Below are positions 1-15,030 of a DNA stretch of 64,000 bases, one piece after another. The stretch lies in NCBI GenBank assembly GCA_053919585.1, contig CM132816.1. One strand, 5' to 3'. The notes beneath the pieces were generated by a model that ran no database searches, had not been told where the DNA came from, and saw nothing but the letters and a program-made list of their open reading frames with translations. The translations under genes and the position numbers were made by a program. Each line of letters begins with the position of its first letter. The first letter of the stretch is position 1. Source of the DNA: Euprymna scolopes. Lineage: Eukaryota.

Positions 1-3000
1 TATTCTACTCAAATACTTTGTTCTTATCTTATACTTTATTCTACTCTAATACTTTATTCTAATCTAATACTTTATTCTACTCTAATACTTTATTCTAATC
101 AAATACTTTTTCTTATCAAATACTTTATTCGAATCTAATACTTTATTCGAATCTAATACTTTATTCTAATCAAATACTTTATTCTAATCTAATACTTTAT
201 TCTACTCTTATGCTTTATTCTAATCTAATACTTTATTCTAATCAAATACTTTATTCTACTCTAATACTTTATTCTAATCAAATACTTTATTCTAATCTAA
301 TACTTTATTCTAATCAAATACTTTATTCTAATCTTATACTTTATTCTAATCTAATACTTTATTCTAATCTAATACTTTATTCTAATCTAATACTTTATTC
401 TAACCTATTACTTTATTCTAATCTAATACTTTATTCTAATCAAATACTTTTCTAATCTCATACTTTATTCTAATCTAATACTTTATTCTAATCTAATACT
501 ATATTGTACTCAATTACTTTATTCGACTCAATTACTTTATTCTAATCTAATGCTTTATTCTACTCTAATGCTTTATTCTAATCTAATACTTTATACAACT
601 CTAATACTTTATTCTAATCTAATACGTTATTCTAATCTAATACTTTATTCTAATCTAATACTTTATTCTAATCTAATACTTCATTCTAATCTTATACTTT
701 ATTCTAATCTAATACTTTATTCTAATCTAATACTTTGTTCTACTCTAATACTTTATTCTAATCGAATACTTTTTTTTAATCTGATATTTATTTCTAATCT
801 AATACTTTATTCTAATCTAATACTTTATTCTAATCTAATACTTTATTCTACTCTAAAACTTTATTCTAATCTAATACATTGTTCTAATCTAATACTTTAT
901 TCTACTCTAATACTTTATTCTAATCGAATACTTTTTTTAAATCTGATACTTAATTCTAATCTAATACTGGATTCTAATCTAATACTTTATTCTACTCTAA
1001 TACTTTATTCTAATCTAATACTTTATTCTACTCTAATACTTTATTCTAATAAAATACTTTATTCTAATCAAATACTTTATTCTAATCAAATACTTTATTC
1101 TAATCAAATATTTATTCTACTCTAATACTTTATTCTAATCAAATATTTTATTCTAATAAAATACTTTATTCAAAACTAATACTTTATTCTACTCAAATAC
1201 TTAATTCTACTCTAATATTTTATTCTAATCTAATACTTTTTTCTAATCAAATCATTTATTCTAATCTAATACTTTATTCTAATCTAATACTTTATTCTAA
1301 TCGAATACTTTATTCTAATCTAATACTTTATTCTAATCTAATACTTTATTCTAATCTAATACTTTATTTTACTCAATTACATTATTCTAATCTAATACTT
1401 TATTCTAATCTAATACTTTATTCTAATCTAATACTTTATTCTAATCTAATACTTTATTCTAATCAAATACTTTATTCTAATCTAATACTTTATTGTTATC
1501 TAATACTTTATTCTACCCAATTACTTTCTTCTAATCTAATACTTTATTCTAATCAAATACTTTATTCTAATCTAATACTTTATCCTAATCTAATACTTTC
1601 TTCTAATCTAATACTTTATTCTAATCTAATACTTTATTCTAATCTAATACTTTATTCTAATCAAATACTTTATTCTAATCTAATACTTTATTCTTATCTA
1701 ATACTTTATTCTACCCAATTACTTTCTTCTAATCTAATACTTTATTCTAATCAAATACTTTATTCTAATCTAATACTTTATCCTAATCTAATACTTTATT
1801 CTTATCTAATACTTTATTCTAATCTAATACTTTATTCTAATCTTATACTTTATTCTAATCCAATACTTTATTCTAATCTAATACTTTATTCTAATCTAAT
1901 ACTTTATTCTAATCTAATACTTTATCCTAATCTAATACTGTATTTTTATCTAATACTTTATCCTAATCTTATACTTTATTCTAATCTAATACTTTATTCT
2001 AATCTAATACTTTATTCAACTCAATTACTTTATTCTAATATAATACTTCATTCTAATCTAATACTTTATTCTAACCTTATACTTAATTCTACTCTAATAC
2101 TTTATTCTAATCTGATACTTTATTCGAATCTAATACTATATTGTTCTCAATAACTTTATTCGACTCAATTACTTTATTCTAATCTAATACTTTATTCTAA
2201 TCTAATACGTTATTCTAATCTAATACTTTATTCTAATCTAATACTTAATTCTACTCTAATACTTTATTCTAATCTGATACTTTATTCGAATCTAATACTT
2301 TGTTCTAATCTAATCCTTTATTCTAATCTAATACTTTATTCTAATCTTATCCTTTATTCTAATCTAATACTTTATTCTACTCTAATACTTTATTCTACTC
2401 TAATACTTTTGTCTAATCTAATATTTTATTCTACTCTAATACTTTTTCTAATCTTATACTTTGTTCTAATCTAATACTTTATTCTTATCAAATACTTTAT
2501 CCTAATCTAATACTTTATTCTATTCTAATACTTTATTCGAAAGTAATACTTTTTTCTAATCTAATACTTTATTCTAATCAATTACTTTATTCTAATCTAA
2601 TACTTTATTTTTATCTAATACTATATTCTACTCTAATACTTTGTTCTAATCCAATCCTTTAGTCTAATCTAATACTTTTTTCTAATCTAATACTTTTTTC
2701 TTCTCTAATACTTTATTCTACTCTAATACTTTATTCTACTCTAATATTTTATTCTAATTTAATACTTTATTCTAATCTAATACTTTATTCTAATTTAATA
2801 CTTTATTCTAATCTAATACTTTATTCTAATCAAATACTTTATTCTAATCTAATACTTTATTCTAATCTAATACTTTATTTTACTCAATTACATTATTCTA
2901 ATCTAATACTTTATTCTAATCTAATACTTTATTCTAATCTAATACTTTATTCTAATCTAATACTTTATTCTAATCTAATACTTTATTCTTATCTAATACT

Positions 3001-4218
3001 TTATTCTACCCAATTACTTTCTTCTAATCTAATACTTTATTCTAGTCAAATACTTTATTCTAATCTAATACTTTATCCTAATCTAATACTTTATTCTACT
3101 CTAATACTTAATTCTACTCAAATACTGGATTCTGATATAATGCTTTATTCTACTGTAATACTTTATTCTAATCAAATACTTTATTCTCATCTAATACTTT
3201 ATACTACTCTATTACTTTATTCTAATCTGATACTTTATTCTAATCTAATACTTTGTTCTGTTCTAATACTTTATTCTAATCAAATACTTCATTCTAATCT
3301 AATACTTGATTCTAGTCAAATACTTTATTCAAATCTTATACTTTATTCTACTCTTATACTTAATTCTAATCAAATACTTTATTCTTATCAAATACTTTAT
3401 TCTTATCAAATACTTTATTCTAATCAAATACTTTATTCTAATCTAATATTTTATTCTACTCTTATACTTAATTCTAATCAAATACTTTATTCTACTCTAA
3501 TACTTTATTCTAATCTAATCTTTTTTCTAATCTAATACTTTGTTCTAATCTAATACTTTATCCTAATCTAATACTTTATTCTAATCTAATCTTTATTCTA
3601 ATCTAATACTTTATTCTAATCTAATACTTTATTCTCATCTTAGACTGTATTCTAATCCAATACTTTGTTCTACTCTACTATTTTATTCGAATCTAATACT
3701 TTATTCTACTCTAATACTTTGTTCTACTCAATTACTTTATTCTAATCTTATACTTTATTCTTATCTAATACTTTATTCTAATCTAATATTTTATTCTAAT
3801 CTAATACTTTATTCTAATCAAATACTTTACTCTAATCAAATAATTTTTTCTAATTTAATACTTTATTCTAATCTAATACTTTATATTGATCTAATACTGT
3901 TTTCTAATCAAATACTTTATTCTAATCTAATTCTTTATTCTACTCTAATACTGTATTCTAATCAAATACTTTATTCTAATTTAATACTTTATTCTAATCT
4001 AATACTTTATTCTAATCTAATACTTTATTCTAATAAAATAATCAAATACTGTATTCTACTCTAATACTTTATTCTAATCAAATACTTTATTGTACTTTAA
4101 TACTTTATTCTAATCAAATACTTTATTGTACTTTAATACTTTATTCTAATCAAATAGTTTATTATACTGTTATACTTTATTCTTATCAAATACTTTATCC
4201 TAATCTAATACTTTGTTC

Positions 4219-4814
4219 GGGTTTGTATTACTGTACACATAGATTCGAAAAAGTTGTCAGAAAACAAATATATAACAAACAAATGTTATCAAAGGCAAGA
4301 TAAGTAACTTTTTTAACAAACTGGATATATATTTTGTGTTTTTATTCAATGTAACATATTTATTCAGCTCGAAAAACATGCAGTATTTACCGATGTATTG
4401 GACAATTCAAAATGGCGTCCGACTCTCTCTTACATATGGTAAGTTCGAGAAAAGGTGTTATAAATAATAAACTAGACAAAATACTATTAAAAAATACCGA
4501 ATATATGTCAACCTACGTCACGGTAATATATATTGAGCGAATTTGCAACAGTATTTTCTCTAGTTTATTTTTTATAACACATTTCCCGAACTTACCGTGT
4601 TTAAGAGAGAGTCGGGCGCTATTTTGAATTTTCCAATACATCGGTAAAAACTGCATGTTTTTCGAGCTGAATAAACATGTTACATTGAATAAAAACACGA
4701 AAATTATATCCAGTTTGGTAGAAAAGTAACTTATCTTGCCTTTGATAACATATATTTGTTATATATTTGTTTTTGACAACTTTTTCGAATCTATGTGTAC
4801 AGTAATACAAACCC
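4219..4814. mobile_element. Foldback/MITE-like non-autonomous DNA transposon, copy 1 (~596 bp, almost wholly palindromic)
   Basis: Starts GGGTTTGTATTACTGTACACATAGATTCG and ends CGAATCTATGTGTACAGTAATACAAACCC. Inverted arms are ~270-285 bp with about 20 differences by eye, around a ~20-50 bp centre. Flanked by CTTTGTTC (4211-4218) and CTTTATTC (4815-4822), an 8-bp TSD in satellite register. Confidence 0.9.
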
Positions 4815-7800
4815 CTTTATTCTAATCTAATACTTTATTCTACTCTAATACTTTTTTCTAATCTACTTATTTTTTCTTATCAAATACGTTATTCTACTCT
4901 AATACTTTATTCTAATCTAATACTTTATTCGAATATAATACTTAATTCTACTCTAATACTTTATTGTACTTTAATACTTTATTCTAATCAAATACTTTAT
5001 TATACTGTTATACTTTATTCTTATCAAATACTTTATTCTAATCAAATACTTTATTCTAATTTAATGCTTTATTCTACTCTAACACTTTATTCTCATCTTA
5101 GACTTTATTCTAATCTAATACTTTATTCTACTCTAATACTTTATTCGAATCTAATACTTTATTCTACTCTAATACTTTATTCTAATCTAATACTTTATTC
5201 TAATCTAATACTTTATTCTACTCTAATACTTTATTCTAATCTAATACTCTATTCTATTCTAGTACTTTATTCTAATGTTAGACTTTATACTAATCTAATA
5301 CTTTATTCTTATCAAGTACTTTATTCTAATCTAATACTTTATTCTAATCTAATACTTTATTCTACTCTAATACTTTATTCAAATCTAATACTTTATTCTA
5401 ATCTAATACTTTATTCTAATCTAATACTTTATTCTAATCTAATACTTTATGCTAATCTGATACTTTATTCTAATCTAATACTTTATTCTACTCTAATACT
5501 TTATTCTAATCTACTACTTTATTCTAATCTAATACTTTATTCTAATCTAATACTTTATTATACTCAAATACTTCATTCTAATATAATACTTTATTCTAAT
5601 CTAATACTTTATTCTAATCTAATACTTTATTCTAATCTAATACATTATTCTAATCTAATACTTTATTCTAATCAAATACTTCATTCTAATCTAATACTTT
5701 ATTCTACTCTAATACTTTTTTCTACTCTAATACTTTATTTTAATCAAATAATTTATTCTAATCTAATACTTTATTCTAATCTAATACTTTATTCTACTCT
5801 AATACTTTATTCTAATCAAATATTTTATTCTAATAAAATACTTTATTCTAATCTAATACTTTATTCTAATCAAATATTTATTCTACTCTAATACTTTATT
5901 CTAATCAAATATTTTATTCTAATAAAATACTTTATTCTAAACTAATACTTTATTCTACTCAAATACTTAATTCTACTCTAATATTTTATTCTAATCTAAT
6001 ACTTTATTCTAATCAAATCCTTTATTCTAATCTAATACTTTATTCTAATCTAATACTTTAATCTTATCTAATACTTTATTCTAATCAAATACTTTATTCT
6101 AATCGACTACTTTAGTCTTATTTAATACTTTATTCTAATCTAATATTTATTCTAATCTAATACTTTATTCTAATCTAATACTTTATTCTAATCTAATACT
6201 TTATTCTAATCTAATACTTTATTTTACTCAATTACATTATTCTAATCAAATACTTTATTCTAATCTAATACTTTATTCTAAGCTAATACTTTATTCTAAT
6301 CTAATACTTTATTCTAATCTTATACTTTATTCTAATCAAATACTTTATACTAATCTAATACTTTATTCTAAGCTAATACTTTATTCTAATCTAATACTTT
6401 ATTCTAATCTAATACTTTATTCTAATCTAATACTTTATTCTACCCAATTACTTTCTTCTAATCTAATACTTTATTCTAATCAAATACTTTATTCTAATCT
6501 TATACTTTATTCTAATCTAATACTTTATTCTACTCTAATACTTTATTCTAATCTAATACTTTATTCTTATCTAATACTTTATTCTACCCAATTACTTTCT
6601 TCGTATCTAATACTGTATTCTAATCAAATACTTTATTCTAATCTAATACTTTATCCTAATCTAATACTTTATTCTAATCTAATACTTTATTCTAATCTAA
6701 TACTTTATTCTAATCTTATACTTTATTCTAATCTAATACTTTATTCTAATCTAATACTTTATTCTAATCTAATACTTTATTCTAATCTAATACTTTATCC
6801 TTATCTAATACTTTATTCTAATCTAATACTTTATTCTACTCTAATACTTTATTCTAATCTAATACTTTATTCTAACCTTATACTTAATTCTACTCTAATA
6901 CTTTATTCTAATCTGATACTTTATTCGAATCTAATACTATATTGTACTCAATAACTTTATTCGACTCAATTACTTTATTCTAATCTAATACTTTATTCTA
7001 ATCTAATACGTTATTCTAATCTAATATTTTATTCTAATCAAATACTTTTTCTAATCTTATACTTTATTCTAATCTAATACTTTATTCTTATCAAATACTT
7101 TATCCTAATCTAATACTTTATTCTATTCTAATACTTTATTCGAAAGTAATACATTATTCTACTCATATACTTTGTTCTTATCAAATACTTTATTCTACTC
7201 TAATACCATATTCTAATCTAATACTTTATTCTAATCAAATACTTTATTCTAATCGAATAATTTATTTTTATCTAATACTATATTCTACTCTAATACTTTA
7301 TTCTAATCAAATCCTTTATTCTAATCTAATACTTTTTTCTAATCTAATACTTTTTTCTACTCTAATACTTTATTCTAATCTAATACTTTATTCTAATTTA
7401 ATACTTTATTCTGATCTAATACTTTTTTCTACTCTAATACTTTATTTTAATAAAATACTTTATTCTAATCTAATACTTTACTCTAATCTAATACTTTATT
7501 CTACTCTAATACTTTATTCTACTCTAATACTTAATTCTAATAAAATACTTTATTCTAATAAAATACTTTATTTTAATCTAATACTTTATTCTGATCTAAT
7601 ACTTTATTCTAATCAAATACTTAATTCTAATCAAATACTTTATTCTAATCTAATACTTTATTCGAATCTAATACTTTATTGTACTCTAATATTTTATTCA
7701 ACTCTAAAACTGTATTCTAATCAAATCCTTTATTCTAATCTAATACTTTATTGAAATCAAATACTTTTTTCTAATCTTATACTTTATTCTAATCTAATAC

Positions 7801-10800
7801 TTTATTCTATTGACACTTTATTCTACTCTAATACTTCATTCTAATCTAATACTTTATGCAACTCTAATACTTTATTCTACTCAAATACTTTATTCTAATC
7901 TACTTCTTTTATTCTAATCTAATACTTTATTCTAATCTAATACTTTATTCTAATCTAATACTTTATTCTAATCTAATACTTTATTCTTATCTAATCCTTT
8001 ATTCTAATCTAATACTTTATTCTACTCTAATACTTTATTCTACTCTAATACTTTATTCTAATCTAATATTTTATTCTCCTTAAATACTTTACTCTAATCA
8101 AATACTTTATTCTAATCAAATACGTTATTCTACTCTAATACTGTATTCTAATCAAATACTTTGTTCTAATCAAATACTTTGTTCTTATCTTATACTTTAT
8201 TCTACTCTAATACTTTATTCTAATCTAATACTTTATTCTACTCAAATACTTTGTTCTTATCTTATACTTTATTCTACTCTAATACTTTATTCTAATCTAA
8301 TACTTTATTCTACTCTAATACTTTATTCTAATCAAATACTTTTTCTTATCAAATACTTTATTCGAATCTAATACTTTATTCGAATCTAATACTTTATTCT
8401 AATCAAATACTTTATTCTAATCTAATACTTTATTCTACTCTTATGCTTTATTCTAATCTAATACTTTATTCTAATCAAATACTTTATTCTACTCTAATAC
8501 TTTATTCTAATCAAATACTTTATTCTAATCTAATACTTTATTCTAATCAAATACTTTATTCTAATCTTATACTTTATTCTAATCTAATACTTTATTCTAA
8601 TCTAATACTTTATTCTAATCTAATACTTTATTCTAACCTATTACTTTATTCTAATCTAATACTTTATTCTAATCAAATACTTTTCTAATCTCATACTTTA
8701 TTCTAATCTAATACTTTATTCTAATCTAATACTATATTGTACTCAATTACTTTATTCGACTCAATTACTTTATTCTAATCTAATGCTTTATTCTACTCTA
8801 ATGCTTTATTCTAATCTAATACTTTATACAACTCTAATACTTTATTCTAATCTAATACGTTATTCTAATCTAATACTTTATTCTAATCTAATACTTTATT
8901 CTAATCTAATACTTCATTCTAATCTTATACTTTATTCTAATCTAATACTTTATTCTAATCTAATACTTTGTTCTACTCTAATACTTTATTCTAATCGAAT
9001 ACTTTTTTTTAATCTGATATTTATTTCTAATCTAATACTTTATTCTAATCTAATACTTTATTCTAATCTAATACTTTATTCTACTCTAAAACTTTATTCT
9101 AATCTAATACATTGTTCTAATCTAATACTTTATTCTACTCTAATACTTTATTCTAATCGAATACTTTTTTTAAATCTGATACTTAATTCTAATCTAATAC
9201 TGGATTCTAATCTAATACTTTATTCTACTCTAATACTTTATTCTAATCTAATACTTTATTCTACTCTAATACTTTATTCTAATAAAATACTTTATTCTAA
9301 TCAAATACTTTATTCTAATCAAATACTTTATTCTAATCAAATATTTATTCTACTCTAATACTTTATTCTAATCAAATATTTTATTCTAATAAAATACTTT
9401 ATTCAAAACTAATACTTTATTCTACTCAAATACTTAATTCTACTCTAATATTTTATTCTAATCTAATACTTTTTTCTAATCAAATCATTTATTCTAATCT
9501 AATACTTTATTCTAATCTAATACTTTATTCTAATCGAATACTTTATTCTAATCTAATACTTTATTCTAATCTAATACTTTATTCTAATCTAATACTTTAT
9601 TTTACTCAATTACATTATTCTAATCTAATACTTTATTCTAATCTAATACTTTATTCTAATCTAATACTTTATTCTAATCTAATACTTTATTCTAATCAAA
9701 TACTTTATTCTAATCTAATACTTTATTGTTATCTAATACTTTATTCTACCCAATTACTTTCTTCTAATCTAATACTTTATTCTAATCAAATACTTTATTC
9801 TAATCTAATACTTTATCCTAATCTAATACTTTCTTCTAATCTAATACTTTATTCTAATCTAATACTTTATTCTAATCTAATACTTTATTCTAATCAAATA
9901 CTTTATTCTAATCTAATACTTTATTCTTATCTAATACTTTATTCTACCCAATTACTTTCTTCTAATCTAATACTTTATTCTAATCAAATACTTTATTCTA
10001 ATCTAATACTTTATCCTAATCTAATACTTTATTCTTATCTAATACTTTATTCTAATCTAATACTTTATTCTAATCTTATACTTTATTCTAATCCAATACT
10101 TTATTCTAATCTAATACTTTATTCTAATCTAATACTTTATTCTAATCTAATACTTTATCCTAATCTAATACTGTATTTTTATCTAATACTTTATCCTAAT
10201 CTTATACTTTATTCTAATCTAATACTTTATTCTAATCTAATACTTTATTCAACTCAATTACTTTATTCTAATATAATACTTCATTCTAATCTAATACTTT
10301 ATTCTAACCTTATACTTAATTCTACTCTAATACTTTATTCTAATCTGATACTTTATTCGAATCTAATACTATATTGTTCTCAATAACTTTATTCGACTCA
10401 ATTACTTTATTCTAATCTAATACTTTATTCTAATCTAATACGTTATTCTAATCTAATACTTTATTCTAATCTAATACTTAATTCTACTCTAATACTTTAT
10501 TCTAATCTGATACTTTATTCGAATCTAATACTTTGTTCTAATCTAATCCTTTATTCTAATCTAATACTTTATTCTAATCTTATCCTTTATTCTAATCTAA
10601 TACTTTATTCTACTCTAATACTTTATTCTACTCTAATACTTTTGTCTAATCTAATATTTTATTCTACTCTAATACTTTTTCTAATCTTATACTTTGTTCT
10701 AATCTAATACTTTATTCTTATCAAATACTTTATCCTAATCTAATACTTTATTCTATTCTAATACTTTATTCGAAAGTAATACTTTTTTCTAATCTAATAC

Positions 10801-12451
10801 TTTATTCTAATCAATTACTTTATTCTAATCTAATACTTTATTTTTATCTAATACTATATTCTACTCTAATACTTTGTTCTAATCCAATCCTTTAGTCTAA
10901 TCTAATACTTTTTTCTAATCTAATACTTTTTTCTTCTCTAATACTTTATTCTACTCTAATACTTTATTCTACTCTAATATTTTATTCTAATTTAATACTT
11001 TATTCTAATCTAATACTTTATTCTAATTTAATACTTTATTCTAATCTAATACTTTATTCTAATCAAATACTTTATTCTAATCTAATACTTTATTCTAATC
11101 TAATACTTTATTTTACTCAATTACATTATTCTAATCTAATACTTTATTCTAATCTAATACTTTATTCTAATCTAATACTTTATTCTAATCTAATACTTTA
11201 TTCTAATCTAATACTTTATTCTTATCTAATACTTTATTCTACCCAATTACTTTCTTCTAATCTAATACTTTATTCTAGTCAAATACTTTATTCTAATCTA
11301 ATACTTTATCCTAATCTAATACTTTATTCTACTCTAATACTTAATTCTACTCAAATACTGGATTCTGATATAATGCTTTATTCTACTGTAATACTTTATT
11401 CTAATCAAATACTTTATTCTCATCTAATACTTTATACTACTCTATTACTTTATTCTAATCTGATACTTTATTCTAATCTAATACTTTGTTCTGTTCTAAT
11501 ACTTTATTCTAATCAAATACTTCATTCTAATCTAATACTTGATTCTAGTCAAATACTTTATTCAAATCTTATACTTTATTCTACTCTTATACTTAATTCT
11601 AATCAAATACTTTATTCTTATCAAATACTTTATTCTTATCAAATACTTTATTCTAATCAAATACTTTATTCTAATCTAATATTTTATTCTACTCTTATAC
11701 TTAATTCTAATCAAATACTTTATTCTACTCTAATACTTTATTCTAATCTAATCTTTTTTCTAATCTAATACTTTGTTCTAATCTAATACTTTATCCTAAT
11801 CTAATACTTTATTCTAATCTAATCTTTATTCTAATCTAATACTTTATTCTAATCTAATACTTTATTCTCATCTTAGACTGTATTCTAATCCAATACTTTG
11901 TTCTACTCTACTATTTTATTCGAATCTAATACTTTATTCTACTCTAATACTTTGTTCTACTCAATTACTTTATTCTAATCTTATACTTTATTCTAATCTA
12001 ATACTTTATTCTAATCTAATATTTTATTCTAATCTAATACTTTATTCTAATCAAATACTTTACTCTAATCAAATAATTTTTTCTAATTTAATACTTTATT
12101 CTAATCTAATACTTTATATTGATCTAATACTGTTTTCTAATCAAATACTTTATTCTAATCTAATTCTTTATTCTACTCTAATACTGTATTCTAATCAAAT
12201 ACTTTATTCTAATTTAATACTTTATTCTAATCTAATACTTTATTCTAATCTAATACTTTATTCTAATAAAATAATCAAATACTGTATTCTACTCTAATAC
12301 TTTATTCTAATCAAATACTTTATTGTACTTTAATACTTTATTCTAATCAAATACTTTATTGTACTTTAATACTTTATTCTAATCAAATAGTTTATTATAC
12401 TGTTATACTTTATTCTTATCAAATACTTTATCCTAATCTAATACTTTGTTC

Positions 12452-13047
12452 GGGTTTGTATTACTGTACACATAGATTCGAAAAAGTTGTCAGAAAACAA
12501 ATATATAACAAACAAATGTTATCAAAGGCAAGATAAGTAACTTTTTTAACAAACTGGATATATATTTTGTGTTTTTATTCAATGTAACATATTTATTCAG
12601 CTCGAAAAACATGCAGTATTTACCGATGTATTGGACAATTCAAAATGGCGTCCGACTCTCTCTTACATATGGTAAGTTCGAGAAAAGGTGTTATAAATAA
12701 TAAACTAGACAAAATACTATTAAAAAATACCGAATATATGTCAACCTACGTCACGGTAATATATATTGAGCGAATTTGCAACAGTATTTTCTCTAGTTTA
12801 TTTTTTATAACACATTTCCCGAACTTACCGTGTTTAAGAGAGAGTCGGGCGCTATTTTGAATTTTCCAATACATCGGTAAAAACTGCATGTTTTTCGAGC
12901 TGAATAAACATGTTACATTGAATAAAAACACGAAAATTATATCCAGTTTGGTAGAAAAGTAACTTATCTTGCCTTTGATAACATATATTTGTTATATATT
13001 TGTTTTTGACAACTTTTTCGAATCTATGTGTACAGTAATACAAACCC
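12452..13047. mobile_element. Foldback/MITE-like element, copy 2
   Basis: Same sequence and flanks as copy 1, offset 8233. Confidence 0.9.
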
Positions 13048-14431
13048 CTTTATTCTAATCTAATACTTTATTCTACTCTAATACTTTTTTCTAATCTACT
13101 TATTTTTTCTTATCAAATACGTTATTCTACTCTAATACTTTATTCTAATCTAATACTTTATTCGAATATAATACTTAATTCTACTCTAATACTTTATTGT
13201 ACTTTAATACTTTATTCTAATCAAATACTTTATTATACTGTTATACTTTATTCTTATCAAATACTTTATTCTAATCAAATACTTTATTCTAATTTAATGC
13301 TTTATTCTACTCTAACACTTTATTCTCATCTTAGACTTTATTCTAATCTAATACTTTATTCTACTCTAATACTTTATTCGAATCTAATACTTTATTCTAC
13401 TCTAATACTTTATTCTAATCTAATACTTTATTCTAATCTAATACTTTATTCTACTCTAATACTTTATTCTAATCTAATACTCTATTCTATTCTAGTACTT
13501 TATTCTAATGTTAGACTTTATACTAATCTAATACTTTATTCTTATCAAGTACTTTATTCTAATCTAATACTTTATTCTAATCTAATACTTTATTCTACTC
13601 TAATACTTTATTCAAATCTAATACTTTATTCTAATCTAATACTTTATTCTAATCTAATACTTTATTCTAATCTAATACTTTATGCTAATCTGATACTTTA
13701 TTCTAATCTAATACTTTATTCTACTCTAATACTTTATTCTAATCTAATACTTTATTCTAATCTAATACTTTATTCTACTCTAATACTTTATTTTACTCTA
13801 ATACTTTATTCTAATCTAATACTTTATTCTAATCTAATACTTTATTCTACTCTAATACTTTATTCTAATCTAATACTTTATTCTAATCTAATACTTTATT
13901 CTAATCTAATACTTTATTCTACTCTAATACTTTATTCTAATCTAATACTTTATTCTAATCTAATACTTTATTCTAATCTAATACTTTATTCTACTCTAAT
14001 ACTTTATTCTAATCTAATACTTTATTCTAATCTAATACTTTATTCTACTCTAATACTTTATTTTACTCTAATACTTTATTCTAATCTAATACTTTATTCT
14101 AATCTAATACTTTATTCTAATCAAATACTTTATTCTAATCTAATACTTTATTCTACTCTAATACTGTATTCTAATCAAATACTTTATTCTAATCTAATAC
14201 TTTATTCTAATCTAATACTTTATTCTGATCTAATACTTTACTCTAATAAAATAATCAAATACTGTATTCTACTCTAATACTTTATTCTAATCAAATACTT
14301 TATTGTACTTTAATACTTTATTCTAATCAAATACTTTATTGTACTTTAATACTTTATTCTAATCAAATAGTTTATTATACTGTTATACTTTATTCTTATC
14401 AAATACTTTATCCTAATCTAATACTTTGTTC

Positions 14432-15030
14432 GGGTTTGTATTACTGTACACATAGATTCGAAAAAGTTGTCAGAAAACAAATATATAACAAATAAATGTT
14501 ATCAAAGGCAAGATAAGTAACTTTTTTAACAAACTGGATATATATTTTGTGTTTTTATTCAATGTAACATATTTATTCAGCTCGAAAAACATGCAGTATT
14601 TACCGATGTATTGGACAATTCAAAATGGCGTCCGACTCTCTCTTAAATATGGTAAGTTCGAGAAAAGGTGTTATAAATTATAAACTAGACAAAATACTAT
14701 TAAAAAAATACCGAATATATGTCAACCTACGTCACGGTAATATATATTGAGCGAATTTGCAACAGTATTTTCTCTAGTTTATTTTTTATAACACCTTTTC
14801 CCGAACTTACCGTGTTTAAGAGAGAGTCGGGCGCTATTTTGAATTTTCCAATACATCGGTAAAAACTGCATGTTTTTCGAGCTGAATAAATATGTTACAT
14901 TGAATAAAAACACGAAAATTATATCCAGTTTGGTAGAAAAGTAACTTATCTTGCCTTTGATAACATATATTTGTTATATATTTGTTTTTTGACAACTTTT
15001 TCGAATCTATGTGTACAGTAATACAAACCC
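14432..15030. mobile_element. Foldback/MITE-like element, copy 3
   Basis: Same termini and same flanking satellite variants as copy 1. Confidence 0.9.

Larger units (their letters stand above)
1..13745. repeat. 8233-bp higher-order duplication: 1-~5510 recurs at 8234-~13745
   Basis: Identical ORFs are offset by exactly 8233 (210/8443, 550/8783, 3140/11373, 4412/12645, 5064/13297). One substitution was seen at 3762/11995. Confidence 0.95.

Noticed and set aside
4412-4810. Short ORFs within the foldback element
   Set aside because: They are not conserved among the five copies (frameshifts) and have no transposase motifs.
210-14277. YSNLIL-repeat ORFs up to 326 aa
   Set aside because: An 18-bp unit with one stop-free frame produces these automatically. 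Frameshifts are frequent and there is no gene context.
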